DNA of 63,155 bases, filler included, from Octopus bimaculoides (taxonomy: Eukaryota), in the NCBI RefSeq assembly GCF_001194135.2. It is 6 parts of 6 records of this genome, joined end to end, with 100 filler letters (N's around TTAATTAATTAA, not from the genome) between each part and the next. Parts side by side here need not be neighbours in the genome. Positions count along the whole stretch, not along the records: positions 61,382 to 63,155 come from NW_026400261.1; 5 more parts are not named here. One strand, written 5' to 3'. The first letter of the stretch is position 1. Each line of letters begins with the position of its first letter. Shown one piece after another: positions 61,930-63,155 of the stretch. The position numbers and the translations under genes are program-made. The notes beneath the pieces are model-generated. The model worked only from the letters and a program-made list of their open reading frames with translations, ran no database searches and was not told the DNA's origin.

Positions 61930-62845
61930 TACTCTTTTACACTTTTACTTGTTTCAGTCATTTGACTGCGGCCATGCTGGAGCATCGCCTTTAGTCGAGC
62001 AAATCGACTCCTGAACTTATNNNNNNNNNNNNNNNNNNNNNNNNNNNNNNNNNNNNNNNNNNNNNNNNNNNNNNNNNNNNNNNNNNNNNNNNNNNNNNNN
62101 NNNNNNNNNNNNNNNNNNNNNNNNNNNNNNNNNNNNNNNNNNNNNNNNNNNNNNNNNNNNNNNNNNNNNNNNNNNNNNNNNNNNNNNNNNNNNNNNNNNN
62201 NNNNNNNNNNNNNNNNNNNNNNNNNNNNNNNNNNNNNNNNNNNNNNNNNNNNNNNNNNNNNNNNNNNNNNNNNNNNNNNNNNNNNNNNNNNNNNNNNNNN
62301 NNNNNNNNNNNNNNNNNNNNNNNNNNNNNNNNNNNNNNNNNNNNNNNNNNNNNNNNNNNNNNNNNNNNNNNNNNNNNNNNNNNNNNNNNNNNNNNNNNNN
62401 NNNNNNNNNNNNNNNNNNNNNNNNNNNNNNNNNNNNNNNNNNNNNNNNNNNNNNNNNNNNNNNNNNNNNNNNNNNNNNNNNNNNNNNNNNNNNNNNNNNN
62501 NNNNNNNNNNNNNNNNTATACGACGGGCTTCTTTCAGTTCCCGTCTACCAAAATCATTCACAAGGCTGTGGCCGACCGGATGGTATAGCAGAAGACAGCT
62601 GCCCAAGGTGTCAGGGACTGAATCCAGAACCATGTGGCTGGAAAGCAAGCTTCTTACCACACGGCCACGCATGTGCCTATATATATATATATACGACGGA
62701 CTTCTTTTAATTTCCGTCTACCAAATCCACCTACAAGGCTTTGGTCGGCACAAAGCTATAGTAGAGGACACTTACCCAAGGTACCACTCAGTGGGACTGA
62801 ACTCGGAACCATGTGATTGGGAAGCAATCTACTTACTACACATCT
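61930..62845 (-). mobile_element. SINE family A pieces: tail 61930-62020, 5' part 62517-62672, second 5' part 62692-62845
   Basis: cgacgggcttctttcag...ctaccaaa...caaggct... occurs twice in tandem; the gap at 62021-62516 interrupts the first copy. Confidence 0.85.
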
Positions 62846-63155
62846 ATTTCCTGATGATTACTTATTCTCTCATATATTAATTACATAATGAATATATGGA
62901 TAATGAAGTTTGCATTTTTACTGTGTAAATGGCCGTAGACCGAAATTTGTGCTAGCAGTGAAATCTTTACTTTTTATTTTCCTCTAAATATTTTACTTTG
63001 AACATCCATTTTAGCAATGCACTGTTTCTATAATGCATATTGCATTGAAGTAATAATATGATAGTATGGAGTTTGATGACATGTTAAAAATCTACCTCTC
63101 ATATTCTGTGAATATATCATTTGTAATAATAATTCAATATATATATATAAGCTAT

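Noticed and set aside
1-63155. CRISPR arrays, operons or other prokaryotic systems
   Set aside because: No regularly spaced repeat-spacer array; the sequence is eukaryotic and the repeats are microsatellites and dispersed SINEs.

Overview
Eukaryotic, AT-rich, gap-riddled and repeat-dominated DNA. From the recalled SINE families and the microsatellite density it is most likely a coleoid cephalopod (Octopus-like); this is an inference, not a database result. Five artificial 100-bp joins (44 N + TTAATTAATTAA + 44 N) split the window into six segments whose adjacency is not guaranteed. There is no intact gene, no tRNA or rRNA gene, and no CRISPR array. Nearly all listed ORFs are microsatellite or N artefacts. 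The real content is about 25 copies of five tRNA-derived SINE families (A-E here), decayed L1/Tx1, CR1-like, Penelope and R4/Dong-type (RLE) retrotransposons, Tc1, mariner, maT-like and Tigger transposase relics, several fold-back hairpins, and three isolated candidate host exons. The most interesting signals are: an RLE retrotransposon family apparently tied to (CATA)n microsatellites; a ~955-bp non-autonomous LINE derivative inserted with a 16-bp TSD into a SINE head; modular and dimeric SINEs; a Penelope-type hammerhead core; and a perfect 64-bp inverted repeat enclosing a duplicated pogo-type HTH segment. I found no well-supported wholly new biological system; these leads are hypotheses to test.
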